From: Oopsacas minuta
Lineage: Eukaryota; Animalia; Porifera
DNA length: 64,000 nt
Reading direction: 5' to 3'
NCBI GenBank assembly: GCA_024704765.1
Contig: JAKMXF010000233.1
Coordinates: 124,001 to 188,000, forward strand
Shown here: positions 34,241-49,200 of the stretch, piece by piece
Position numbering within the stretch: position 1 is the stretch's first letter
How the letters are laid out: the number at the start of each line of letters is the position of its first letter
The notes under the pieces: model-generated
The model's input: only the letters and a program-made list of their open reading frames with translations
What the model was told of the DNA's origin: nothing
Databases searched by the model: none
Program-made: the position numbers and the translations under genes

Positions 34241-37200
34241 ATGGATAGTTTTAACAGATTACACCGCTACCTACGTAGACAATCAATCTTCACTCCATTC
34301 CGTAATCGTTACAGATGGACTCTAGCTGTACTCGTATTGTTCTGCTTTACTCTTATTGTTATAACGAAATTGGCTAAATCTGATACTACAATCACTATTG
34401 CACATTTTGATACCAAAATTTATAATCAACAAATTATCGACTCTGAAGATCTGATCGCATCTAATCCGAAAGGTAATACAAAAACTTTTGTGCGATACAA
34501 TCACACAATCAACATCTGTGAAAAACTGAGCTGATAAATTTATCCAAAATCATTGCTTCATCCTGCCCGCGCGTGTTCTCAGAGCCAATTCTTTTAATAC
34601 TCATTCAAGTCATCCACAATACATGATTAGTATTTTGACTATTCTAATTTCTATCTTGGTAGAGATGGGGAGAATTTGACTCAAAGTTATTTTGAAATTT
34701 GGCCTAACATGATGTAGGAAATTTTCTATAATTATCATTGGTCAATGTGTAGCTAAATTCCCTAACAAATTATTTGGTTCAAATTCCTACTTTGCAATAA
34801 TTAAGTGAAGTTTTAGTCAAATTCCAGCGTCTCAACACATCGTGATGCAATATTATTGATTGGGCTAATTTGTATGAGCTATCATAACACCTCCAAATTT
34901 TCATATTTTGGGTCACGTGTACAAGCAAAGTTCTAAATTTCAGTTCCGTTCCGAATAATAGGCGTTTATGATGCGAATTATCGGAATGCTGAATATATTG
35001 AAGAATTATGAATATTTGATTTTTGATTGTTTTGTGTAAGAAATACTTTCAACCAATCATCATTTGTTAGTAATGTGACTCAATAACCTGATAATTACTT
35101 ACAATTCCGTGATAGATGTAAACACCAAGTCCCTTTCGACTTCTCTGAGCGGCTAAAAATGCTTCTGTATCCTGAAACTATTGCTGTCAGTTCAATTTTA
35201 CTCAATCAATTTTGGCATCAAATTCTTATACGCACAAATATCACTTATATTTCAATGCGTTGCACGTAAACACATTCTCTCTTGTTTAGGTATTTTGGAT
35301 TCAGAAGCTCATCATAAATCTCTTCATCGCAGCGTTACATTCTCTTACACACAGTCAGATGGATTTACTAACACTCATTTTGATTGTGAGAAGATCAAAG
35401 CTATAAATGTGAAATATGTAATAGCTAGTGGATTCAATTCTATTATGTATGCTACACAGGCTGATATGAGTAAGGAACTGTTTCAATAGTGTATATTCAT
35501 GTCTAGGTCAGCGGTTCCCAACCTATTCGCCCGCCCGTGGACCCGCTATACAAATTTTACCACATTCTGTGGACCCTGTTCGTGGAAAACCAAAGATAAA
35601 GTTGTTTTGAACAGCTGATTAGTTTCATATTTCTATAGTTAATATAGCTACGTATTATAAAAATTGAGAAATACCGTGGGATTCGCCTACAAGTCATATT
35701 TTGCAAGAATTTCCTTGCTAATATATAATCGAACTTACTATTGGAGGAAATGTCCCTGGAAAAGCATTGCTAAATGAACACCAATGTACATATACTGTTC
35801 TATCTTGTACACCCATAATCCGAAAATACACTAAAAATCTTGACGTGTCGTTGTAAGATTTCAGTGTACATAATTTGAAATATTTTCTTAATGTATCACT
35901 ATTTCCTGTAATTAGGTGGTGGAACAGGATGGCTATCCATCCGTATCGTCTCTAAAAAGTCTCCAGACGTATCAGCCTGTTTATCACAGTTTAAATCAAA
36001 AGACATCAAAATTGACTGTAGTGTTATATCCGATCAGATTCTCACTCATGAAGCAGAGCTCCTAAACAAATTCCATCACCCAAATATAGCACCAGTACTC
36101 AATGTGTGTAAACGAGTTGATGTTAGTAATCCTGATACATTATCTCGCGTAGGAAGTAAGTTAATGGTGTTGGAGGATGCTAGGCCTCTGGATATGAGTG
36201 CGGTACTGAAACTTGAATGGAAAGATAGGGTCAAGAAGTGTATTGATATTGGTGAGTGATAAAATTCTAACGTATACATGTTTTAGTATACTGTTCTTAT
36301 CTGTAAAAGTAACATATTGTGACTTTAACCTAATTATCAGAGATCGATTCAATTAGCAATACGCTACAACATAAATAATAATACATAGATTCATGGAAAC
36401 TCATCCAGGTGGCTCGTTAAAAGGCTTTTTTCGTAACAGATTTGATGTTTCGAAAATCAACAAAACTTTAGTAAAACTCGTTCTCGCTTCTACTTCTGCT
36501 TCTATTGCCGAAACCTTGACATTTCCACTTGATCTTACAAAAACACGTCTACAAATACAAGGGGAGACTTCAGGGCTACGGACAGTGGCTAAGAAGAGAG
36601 GAATGTTCCAAATGGCATGGGGGGTGATACGAGAGGAAGGGGTCTTTAAACTATGGAGAGGTGTAACCCCTGCTGTAATACGTCATATCTTTTACACTGG
36701 CTTAAGAGTGACAATATATGAAAACCTGAGAGAGCATGTTTTTAAGAGAAACTCAAAAGGCCAATTCCCACTGTATAAATCTATAATAGCTAGTATATGT
36801 TCTGGTATGACTGCACAGTTTGTTGCTAGTCCGATGGATTTAATAAAAGTACGTTTTCAAATGGACGGACGTCGACAGCTGCAGGGGCTAAAACCGATGT
36901 ATCGGGGCGTGTCTCACGCACTCACTACGATAGTCAGGGAAGAAGGGGTCCTCCGGTTATGGAGGGGTGTTGTTCCGAATTGTCAGAGGGCTGGGTTTGT
37001 TGCTCTTGGGGATCTAGCTGCTTACGATCTAGCTAAGCGAAGTATCTTACAGTATACTACATTTAAGGATGATATTATTACTCATATACTCTCATCTGCT
37101 GTAGCTGGATTAACTGCTACAACTTTAGGTTAGTTTATTGATTGTAACTTTATTTATATTAATTTCGGCCATTTTGACAGGATTAAACGCAATTACGGTT

Positions 37201-40200
37201 TTGGCCATATTAACTAATTCAAAATCTCAGAATCAGATACTATGTACAAGATTACCTTAACTATCTAAATCTCTAAATATATTTCCAAAAAGGTGTAAAA
37301 ATATGATAAATATACATATGTTCTATATTAGTTGTTCATTTGCTGTCCAGAACTTCTCATATTCCAGAATTAAATATAATTATATTTTTGTTTATCTATC
37401 AGGTACTCCAGCTGACGTCATTAAAACACGAGTAATGAATCAACCTACTAAAAACGGCAAAGGCATATATTACAAGTCGTCAATAGACTGTCTAATTAAA
37501 TCGGTTAAAAGTGAAGGGATATTCTCTCTTTACAAAGGATTCTTCCCGATATATGCAAGATTAGGTCCATGGTCCATAACCTTCTGGTTAATTTACGAAG
37601 AACTTAGAAGTATTTGTGGAGTTGGAACGTTTTAATATTTGCTCTTAACAACCATCACTACCTTACTAATCACGATATTTTATTGTCATTTGTTTCTGAT
37701 ACTTTTTCAATGAAATTGTTTATTGGCTTCTATTACCTATTAAAGTTAATACTTTTAGATTTGTGTGTTTTCTTATGGTTTACTGTGTATAATTTGTAGA
37801 GTAGACTTCACTTGGTTGAGTTACTTAGGGACCAGGTCATTTTGACACGATTGACAAGAATAATCCTGTTGGCCCGTTAACCCCAGCAATTTAACAATGC
37901 AGGGTCGCTGAACCTCCACGGGACCCAGAATCTTGTTCTTGATAAATTGGCTTAATATTAAGGAAATTTATATAATACAAATCCTATGGTAATGGTATTA
38001 TTGGGGTTATTGGGTTTGGTTCTTAATAAGTATCCTGAATGTATTTGCATGCTTTTATTTCTGGTGAAGTGATTTCTCTAAATTACATACGAACACGGTT
38101 AATGCAAAGCTCTGGATAAGGTGTACACATTTTGACGGTCCCTTGTCTTGGTTTCATATTAACTAAATTCTCAGCGAGTATGATACTGCCAAAACTTTGT
38201 GTTGATAGATTTATGTATCGACTTTATATAACAAAATTTCTTATTTATATATACTGAGAAAGTGTCTGTAATTATTATGTGTTTCTCTCTCCTATAGCTT
38301 CCATAGTAGACCTTCTCTACACAAATAACTCTATACAACTTGTACCCTTTGAACCGAGCCAATTCTACATATCATCTGCCGATGATGTTGTCAAGCTAGT
38401 TGATGTAGGCGGGCTGTTTAATGGTGAGCCTACATGTTCTAGTAATGAGGATTGCTATGTAACTAATACAGTAGTTACTGATTGTGTTGATGGGCAGTGT
38501 AAGGATTTCTCATGGAAGGCTAACTCTATTAATGCACATAGGTGGGTTGCTATTTCTATGAACTTTAGATAGAGTATCATATTAATTATTGTTAATTCGA
38601 TCCAGAATTCGAAGCTAGTTACAACCAAGCGATCAATCCACGCGAAATATACCATGTTTGACTGAGTATGATACATAAATGTTATTATCACATACTTACC
38701 AACATTACAGAGATATTCCTCCATCATTTAGGATAAGCGATTTCCTTGTGTAATGCCTGAAATATATATTTAATTCAGAAGTGAAACCAGGAATTTGACA
38801 ATTAAGTTCAGATAATATAGGCTAATGGTGTTATTGCTTATTGGTACATTTTACACAATTTACACTCATTACGCCCAAGGATCGCCAATTTTCGTACTCC
38901 TTATTACTCTACGTATTGCAACAACGAATATTCATTCAATTATTATTGAAAGGCTTGTTAAGTTACAAATTTGAATCCTTATTCGAAAATCGTTTTCACG
39001 TTAACAAGAGGCATTGTGTATACTTATATTGGAGTTATAGGACTGTTTAATTTGGTAAAGATCCAATATTCCACTTTATATACGATAGTTAACAGTGTAT
39101 CAATATATCTTCGCATGAGACGGTCCGCGTCCGGTTGTTCAGAGTTCAACTGGATTAACATTTGGACTCCTAATAGGAATAGTATTAGTCAACCGCACAA
39201 ACTCTGGTGGCTTCATATATTTAGTATCCGTCAAGTTGTCAGATTGAAATCTGTTTGCTATAGCATTGCAATTGTGCCATATTTTGATTGGGTTAATTCC
39301 TGAACTCTGCCATCCTATTGGTTGGTCGTGTGAATAGTCCTTTAGGTATTCCTATAAATACCCTTGTTTAGAAAAATATTATTTATTCATATATATTTTT
39401 ATACACAAATTAAACTACAATAATGCCATATTCTGAGAAAATATGTGAATTTATCAACGACACAACTCTACAGTTCTTTGTCCTTGAATTAGATGGCCGT
39501 CAATTTGAATATCATCTATTAAAAGAAGCAAAAGGTATACAACTTCTCAATATTATCCTGCATAAACATCAAATAACAGAAAGCACGTATTTTGGATTAA
39601 AATACACGAACAGTAAGAATGTTACTAGATGGATAAATATACGTAATCCATTAGTATTAGAAGTTGATAATCCATGTCTACCAATTAAACTTGAATTTGC
39701 TGTTAAATACTATGTGCCATATAATTTGCTTAATGATTTCCCAATCAAGAGTGCATTTCTTTCTCAGATCAAGAATGATATACAAAATGGTAGATTTACA
39801 CTTTCAGATGAAACTGACGATATTTTGCGGTTTTTAGCACTTTTAGCTCAAGCTGAACATGGCGCTTATTTCAAACAATTATCTTATACAACTCCACCTC
39901 ATTTCAGTTTGGAAAGGGACCTGATTGAAGAACACAAGCTAATCGAATCAATAAGTAAAATGGAAGCTCTTGATGAAGTGTTAAGAATCGCGAGTAGTTT
40001 AAGCAACTACGGTAATCATGAATATACTGTGAAGAATGGTTGCTTCTCAATTTCACCTACAACTTTCCAATATTCATTTAGAAATGTAACAAAGACTTTT
40101 CCGCTATATTTGATTATAGATGTTACTCGCGTTTATGGTAGTGTGTTGCTGTCACTGTCAAATTTCGAGCAATCTGAGACCAAAATAAAAATCAAACCAA

Positions 40201-43200
40201 ACTCCATTTCTGAAGCTAAAATCCTCCACAAAAATATCCTAGAATTAATGACATTCTTCACAAGGCCATGTGTAACTGAGGTAATAGCCGACGCAACACA
40301 TAGACTATGGAAAGGTGCGAAGTTCATAACAATCCACACATATGACGTCACACAAACTTGCAGCCAACTTAATCCAAGCTTATACTCAGTCAAACATCTT
40401 GAAACTGATCCTACAACACACTCGATAGAGAGTAGAATTCTGGAAAGGAAATCTAATAGCGAAGAATTCAAACTATACAAAGTTTGTTCTTTACCGGAAA
40501 TTGGACGGATTGTTAAGAGAAAGTTATCTTTCACTAGTTTGAGATTAAAAAGACAAGCTGGCACATGTCAAAACTCTGACAGTATTTCGTCTCATTCATT
40601 ATTATCTTCTGAGAGTATTGATGACGTGTTTAAAATCGCAGATAAAATGCTGAAATGTAAATTGTGTGATACGAAAGATTGCAAAGTGTTATTTCTCCCT
40701 TGTTGCCATTTCATCAGCTGTGAGGGTTGTTCTGACAACAGAAAGTCATGTTTGGAATGCAATTCTCATATAATAGAGAGAGTTAAGGTGTATATTAGTT
40801 AATTAGCTGTTTTACTGGTGTACTTGTTTATCTGAACATTTGAACTTTGAAATGTTTCGCTATTGTATTCTTCTGAACTGTGTGATCCTACAATTTATGG
40901 AATACCTTTTTTGTTTCTCAAGTTTTTTGGCGAAAGGTTATCTAGCAGTGAGCCAGTGCCGGATTTAAGTATGTGGGGCCCTCTTGGAGGGCAATTACCG
41001 GGGCTCCCTGAAGCCAATTCAAAGCTGTTACGGTTCGCCCACCTGTCCCCATTCCTCAATTTATAATGCTTGTGTTTATTGTATTCAAATTTTGCATATG
41101 TAAAATCAACCCTATAAGTAGTACCGCCTAGCTGAAGGCCTATTTCGCCCAGTGACAGCATGGCAGGACTTGTTTTCTAGTATAAGATTTATAGTGATTA
41201 AAATAGAATTACAGTGTTTATCAAATTAATGACGTTAAGTTTTGGGGGGCCTGTTCGGCCGCACACTCCTAACACTCCTAAATCCGGTACTGCAGTGAGG
41301 GAAGTGTCCAAGGTGGAATTTTAGATAATATGACCTTATATGGAAGTAAATTAAATAGACAGCGAACAATTTGGGTTGATAATTAAGCAACTACACCAGC
41401 CTATACACCAATGATGTTCTCCGAAATACCCGCTTATATCCAAATCTGAAATTGTATACATATGATCCCAAACCGTGAATTGACGTAAATTCCATCTGTT
41501 ATATCTAACACGGCCTTAATCGGAGTAATTAGTTCACTTAGAGCTTCGATATAGCTGGAGCCGGGAGTTGACTGTATTGGTATGTATAATATATGTGAAT
41601 ATGATTAATCTAATGATAAATCTAATGATACGTATTGTTGTGTCGGATTGTTGCCATCAACATAGCTAATAATTAAATTTTATGTACTATATTTCCTATA
41701 GAGTATTTTACAGTGTATTACTATCAAAACTCCCTCCTCCTGTACTGTTACCTCATGTAATGCCTTTATTAGAAGGAATACAGAAAGCTAGATTTAATCC
41801 TCCTAGTATTAAGAAGAAGTTGATGAAGTTATACAATGTGTCTCACTATATAGAAGCCCATGAAGTATTCAGAATTACAGGTCAGGATTTGAACTCTATT
41901 AGCTGTATGTGTTCTTGATACAGGAGAAATGGGGAGATGATGGAGCGAGATTTCCCTAATATATAGAATTTTCTAAGTTCTAAATATTTTTCACTAAAAT
42001 TAAACATACCATGGCCGTAGCATAGTCTTGGGTACTCCTATAATTGTATCTATTCTCTCTATCCCTCTTCTCCATCACCATTAAATTCCATTTACCACTC
42101 TGGTAGCTAAGTAATGCTTGCAATAACTCTATTTCTATTCATTAGGAGATCTAGACTTGGATCTTTACTACAATAACAACACATCACTTGGTATTAGGAA
42201 GAACAGAGAAGATTATGTGTATGATGAGATACCAGATGCTGAGATCAGTGATACGTATGTTCAGTTAGATTTATTATTCATCAGAAATACAGCGGTTATA
42301 TATTAACAAGTGGTATCGTTCCGATTGGGAAAAAGGGAGGAAATATTTCCCAAGATTTTCCCAGGGGGTCTCCAGAAGCCCGCTAAATTCGAATATCTTC
42401 GATTTAGGCAGTAGAACTTGATGTACTAAATTGTACGTACAAACCGAATTACGTCTTATCCGAATATTCTTCCTTTATATTTTGTACAAGATTTTGTTTT
42501 CCCCAAATAATAGCCTGAAGTTGCTATTTATGGATGTAACAATCTCGAGAAATTATATAAGGGATTGATAAGTGTACTACAGTCGAAATCAGCTTTTTTT
42601 CTCCCCAAGATGCACGATAAAAACCTGTATTGATGGGTGATTAACAAAGAAATTTCCTAATCACAGATACAACAAAAAGCTCCCAAAATTAAGATGACAG
42701 CACGAATACATACAATACAAAGTATATGCTTAAAGAGTAAAAGGGGAACCCCGAGCCTAAACCCCGATTTCGACTGTGTACTATTAAAGATTACGTATTC
42801 ATGTGTTTCTATTTGTCTATATTTAGTCACAATTACCACTGTTCTTCTACCATAAAGCCAGATCGCTGTGTATTCCCAGTAGACAGTCCTACTCAGGCAC
42901 AAGACCTGTGTTCATCAGATGACATATGTCAGTCTGTATCTATAGCTCCTAATCCAGCTAGCCAGGCGGGATGGTTCCTTGCTAGTTTAAAGAAATCAGC
43001 TTCTAATCTGCTATACAGACCGGGGAGTAGATTATTTCTTAAGAGACTACTGGAGAGACCTAAACCGCAGGTTAGTGGGTAGATTTATACAATCAGAGTA
43101 GTTTATACTGTGGACTATGGTTATATTAACGCCGGATATAAGTATCATCCTCTTGAAAACGGTACTCATACGTATTTCCCTGTTGTACGTATGCCAGTTA

Positions 43201-46200
43201 TAAAAACATACCAAATATTTGACTGTACAACTATTCATTAGTTATCCCTATTCTGATCTATATTATGCATATTCTCTGCTAGGTGAAGCACAATCTAGAA
43301 CAAGAGATTACTTTCAATCCTGATGTCAATAAGCTAGATAAAATTGAGGTATATTGTGTTTATTGAGGGATTAGAAATTTGGTACTAATCTAGTGTTTAG
43401 ATATACGTACATACGTGTTTGACTATAATTCTTACTCTAGGAAGAGAAGAAGGAGATTGAACAGAGAGAAATGATAGAAGATAGTATTGTGGGAAAACCA
43501 ATCGCATCAAGTTCCTTAGAAGTTTGTTTTAACTCTATTAAACTTATATCACACTCGCGTATATACTTAACTCCCAATTTTAGGCTATGCAGAATGATGA
43601 GTGTTATAGCTCAATATATTCTTCTTATAAAGATTTATTTGCTCAGAAGGAAGATAAATTAATGAAGATTTGTGGTTGGAATACTGGTACAGATTCTCAA
43701 TGGATTGAAGCTATGCAGACTTTATCACTGAGATCTGAAGGTATGTTAAAATTGTTATAGTATTTTACTATTTGTGTTAAGAGATAATTATATGTAGTAT
43801 GTAACGTCACATGTATTCCTTTCTATTTCTTACATGAATCATTCAATGGCCATGCATTATTCGAATTGGAAGTATAATTAAGCATTTCAATCAATCGATT
43901 CAACTATGCCGGCGAAAGTAGCTATTACTTTATTATAGGAAATTAACGCGAATGCTCCAATTCGCGTTAATTTCCTATAATAAAGTAGTCTTACTGAATC
44001 AATTATTTTAAAAGAGATTCTCTACACTTTAAATCAATTTCTGAAATTATTGTAAAAGTCTTTGATGACTTATGAAGAGAGAAAGAAGAATTTTCTATTT
44101 AATTATCGAAAGAAATATCTAGACTCATTCAAGATCTACAATGTCTGTATATCAATGAATTGCCATTTTCTATCAAGATTGAAAGTATGATTCTATTATT
44201 TCATTATTTGGATATTTGAAACACTGTTAGTTTGAAATTATTGCTCCACAGTTTAAAGTCTGTGGATATAGACCTAGCAACAGAGGAATTGGAAGCGTTT
44301 ATATAAGAAAATGAAGGCAAAAAGAGTGGTAAAATCTCTATTAAGGATTTGTTGAAAGCACTCAAAGATGGCCTGAGATTATCCGATATTAGAAAAAATC
44401 AATTACATAATGGGAACTAAGGATTACACAGATTTCCATTGATTTTATGCCATCTTCTTTTTACTACGGAAGATACTTGATAGATTGGACGAGTTTATGG
44501 ACTTCTGTAGCTAAACTTGACAACAATTTATTCAAGTAATTAATTCTACCTGAATTAGAGAAATTATCTATGATATATTATATCCCACCAGTTATTTCAG
44601 AAGCATTAACATTACCAGTTGGACTCTTCTCCTATCTAAAGAGAGAATCACAGTTTGATGTTGAATATTTAAAGGTGTCACTCTCTAGCATACAGCGTTT
44701 TGATCTACTAAATATACTGGATAAATGAGTTCGCACAAATACTCTTGAACTGTCACTAGATATGCTAATAATTCTATTAATCTCAGATCAGTACCACGGG
44801 TTTTAATTAATTACCTAACATTATAATGCAATATCATGACCGTCGGAGTGCATGGAAAGTGGGGCGGCCCATATAGCTAGTAATATAAAGCAGCCGTCCC
44901 TTATATATTCCTATACATACATATGTGATCTTATGATGTTGAATTTATTTCATTAGGTTTAATGAAGAGCTCTAAAGCAACACCAGGAGGAGGAATAAAA
45001 CTAAACTTAGGATCAGATCCTAATAAAAAGGCTTGGATGAAGATTAAACCTGATATGACGTCACAACAACGTCATATATCACAACTAGCATTCTTTCTAT
45101 TAGACCGATTACTGGGACTATTTGTTACTGTGCCAACTACTGGTAAGAATAATAGTAGCCTACAATTCTATGATTATCCTTACCTTACACCACAAGTGAC
45201 CAGCATTTGTAGCGATAGCTTGTATTACGAAATTTTAAAATTCGAATTATTTCTATCCCACTAAAATCCTATCATATCTACTTTATTCAATATGCGAATT
45301 TTCCTCTTCCCATCCCTTCTTACTATCAAAAACAAGCATTATAAACAAGATATATATTATGACATATATACTATTACTTATCAGGTAGAGTCATATTAAC
45401 TGAATTCCTCCACCTTTCTTCTAGCTCTCTCATATACTCTATCCAGTCTGTTAACCTATACCCTGTAATAGGGTTTTCTAATAGGCAATACATTAGATTA
45501 TTCTCCTGTGTAGAACTGAGTATTACTGTTTGTAAATGTTTCAGTATAGACACGATAAAATACAGCTGATAATCTATTCCCAATATTAGTACGGTTAAAA
45601 TGTAACTGCAAATCTCTTCGAAATCAAGATAGTTTAAAAAGCATTGTTGTAGCCATATACAGCAAATTGTACCTAGGGATACTCCGCTGATGTGTAATCC
45701 AGCGTAAATACACTGTAATTCTGCTTTGACGATTAATTCTAAGTTATGGAGAATGTTTGTAATACCCCAGTTACGTCCTGTCACTACCAAATCCTGTGGT
45801 AAGATTTTAGACTTGTGCATACGGTTTAACCAGATATAGCATGATGATAACTGTGTGGAGAATGAGGATAATAGTGTGAATGCTGTATGCACGTCTCCTC
45901 GCGTTAATATGAACATAATACCGATAAACCAATCGTAACAGTATGTATCAGACTGTAGAGTATTCAGTAAATTATTCTGTAATGTATATTGCTGGTTAAT
46001 GAGAATACCTTTCATATTAGCAATTAATAATAAGAGCTGTTTACAGTCTGATTCTTCGTCTTTCAGTAATCTGAGGTTACAGCCATATTGTACTATTAGT
46101 TTGCTGGCTATATGCTCGCTAGATGATGTCATAAGTTTTATATTGCTATCAAAAGTCACTGTATTTTTAGGAAATACACCACCATAGGCCTGACACATTA

Positions 46201-49200
46201 TATGTTGTAGAAGAGCATTTGTGGTTTTGAGTATTACAATATTTTGATTTGAAGATAGAAGTTTGGTAAACCAAATTTGTAATTCTTGTTGGGCTATAGG
46301 GAATTCCTTTGACTCATCTGGTAACCAAGGAATCCGCTCTTTGAAATACCCATATGATGTTGGTATAGGGAATTCCTTAAAAGTTTGGAACTTATTTTTA
46401 TCAATTTCTTCATAACAATGTAGCGAATTGTGTGGATGCATTTTCTCCTTGGGGCCCCCTAACAACCCAACTTTTAACAGAGATCTATTTCTTTCATACC
46501 AAAGTTGATCAAACACTTGAACGTCATTAATTACTACTGTACTATTCTGTAATGATAATAGTATGGTAGTTATACCGAATTGATCTTCTAAAAGCAAGAA
46601 ATTGTCCAAAGAGGAAAGCATTAGGTTGAATAACGCGAGAGCAATGACGTGTTTCTCTTCGAAATTGCAGATGTCATTAATTCTTTCATTTGACTTCACC
46701 AATACGTGATCCAATAGAAACTGTGCTATGTTTGTTGTCACGTTTTCTTCAATAGATTTTCTGTCTACGATCTCTATTAGAGTTGCATAATTAACGAATA
46801 CTTTAGCCATATTATACATTGCTTTATGCAAACTTCTGTTCAACGGAGCTATCAAACTTGCTTGTTGGTGTAACAACGGTTCATTTGTTCTGTTCAGCTG
46901 TTTATTAAGTGTATCAGTTAAGTAATCAAGTAGAGAAGTGCTCTGTAGTGGATTTGTACTAAAACTGAAGTTACTCACTTGACTGAGTATGTATCCATAA
47001 CGAATTGAGCTATTTTTATAAGAATTTAAGTTCACATCAGTGTTTAGGAATAGGATCTCGATACAATCATCCAGTATGTTATTTTGCTTTAAACAAACTA
47101 TGCCTTTTGGCGTTGCCATTACATTTGACATAATATGTAACAGTTCATATTTATTACTACTGTTTTGTATGAATGCAGGCTTTTTTAATAAGCCAGTTAG
47201 TAATTGTATTATTTTGTATGTATCTTCGTGTATGATACCTTCTGGTGTAGAAAATAAGTTTATAACAGGAGCAAGTATACCTCGTATCGTGGAAGGAAGT
47301 ACTGTTATTGGAATTGATTGTAATAGATTCTTGGTTTGTGCAACCAAGTCTGCTAAATGCGTATGTTCATGATTGAAAAAATGTTTTCTTCCTGTATCGG
47401 ATTCTGTGAGGTTCTGTATTACGTCATAAACATAAGAAAGATGTGAATTTGCTTGATAGAATGAGACAACTGACCCTGATTTACTGTTAATTGAGCGCAT
47501 AAGGCTTGTTAGAATTTTACCATCCAAGAATAGCTTGTTACCTTTTTGTAAAATTTTCATGAGAGCATTCAACGTAATGTAGTATGGATCCAGTTGTTTC
47601 TCTATAGAGTTATTTTCATTGTAGAGATTCTCTAATATAATTGTTATGAAATGGATTGCAGCATCGTTCTTGTCTTTGAAATATTCTCCATCGAAAGTTT
47701 GTGGGAATATTATTAGTCTACACTCGAATATTATAAAATTTTGTATTATATTGAGTAAGGCAATGAAGAAGAGATAACTGAGAGAAGTTTCGTTATAAAA
47801 GTAGTCTAATTCTCCTATGTCCTCCTCCAAAATTGCCGCGTTATGCTGGAATAAACGCAAATATGCTAGAATATATTCCACTATGGTGCAAAGGAATGCT
47901 GGATGCTTCTCTAGCTTCTGAACTATGAATGTTCTAGAATATTCCGCGTGTATCAGCTTCTGGAACCATTCAGCTTTGTGATCTATTATACTGAGAATAT
48001 GCATTGGAGAGATTGAGTGGGAATTTGAAAAGGAAACAAGTGACTCATGATCAATACATAACATCAGTAGATTTATAGTCTTATCAATTATCTCAGTCAT
48101 AAATGCATTGTTAAACCTGAACCAGTAACTTGGTAGCCAATGAATGAATAATGTAAGCAAATGGAACTTTTGTATTAATCCAGCATTTTCCATAGCACAC
48201 ACATCAATGCCATGTCTAACTTGTTGTGAATAATAAGGCGTTTCTAGCAAATGCTCAACTAGGATAAGATATGCTTCTTTAATGGCTGTGAGGTTGGATG
48301 TTGAAAACAAGCGTAATAAAATGCCAAAACTATTATTGGAGATGAAAGCATCCTGATCTCTAAGAGATCTAGTTACCAACATATGTAACGTAGGCCAATC
48401 AGGACACGATAATATCTCAGATGGTGAAAATTGTATAATAGCTTGTAGTGCTTCTCTACGCACATCTGGACTGTTGCTTGTATCAAATTTGTTGACTAAT
48501 TCTTTTAGATAGTTTGAAGATATGTATGGCATGCATGCATATTGCAAATTCAATGAAATGCTTTCAGATGTTTGTGAGTCGACAGAGAGATAATTGTTAA
48601 GTGATCCCTCACGAGAATGGAGCTCCATCTCATCAACTACACTTAATGTAGCTTCTTTCAGACTATTACTTAGAGAAGAATAGAGCTCTGCATATGATTG
48701 ACTATCTAATACATTCTCACTGATACTATTCACTATTACACCTGGATGTGTATTTGAGATTATATTTTCGTTGTGTTTCTCCAATTCCTTTGCTACGAGA
48801 GGCCCCAGGCATTTTGTAAGTTTATCTTTTAATTTTGAAGTCAATTCATTCGTATCATTTGGATCAAGTTGTAATAGCAAATCACTTGATGGTTTACTGG
48901 CTGTGTTTACTTTGTTGAGACCAGAAACTACCTTATAGAGACCAGGGATTAATTTGTTACTCTCAGACTGAGATGAAGTTTCGTTTGACATTTTATTGAT
49001 TGGAATTATTTTCGGTTTTTGGGTACTTAAATACGTTTATTTCTATCGTAATGGGTTTTTAATATTCTATGTTGACTATTCAAGCTTTGATTTTGGTAAT
49101 CATTTCTTCTGTTGTGTATAAAGTTTGTAATTAACGCTCCACATAATTAGCCTCATACGATATATTCTAAACGAATTATTTTCTCTTCAAACAGTTATCT

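Noticed and set aside
34473-34534. ORF-track extensions past donors (also 35470-35489, 38542-38572, 41881-41918, 45143-45264)
   Set aside because: Intronic read-through; homology continues only in the next spliced exon.
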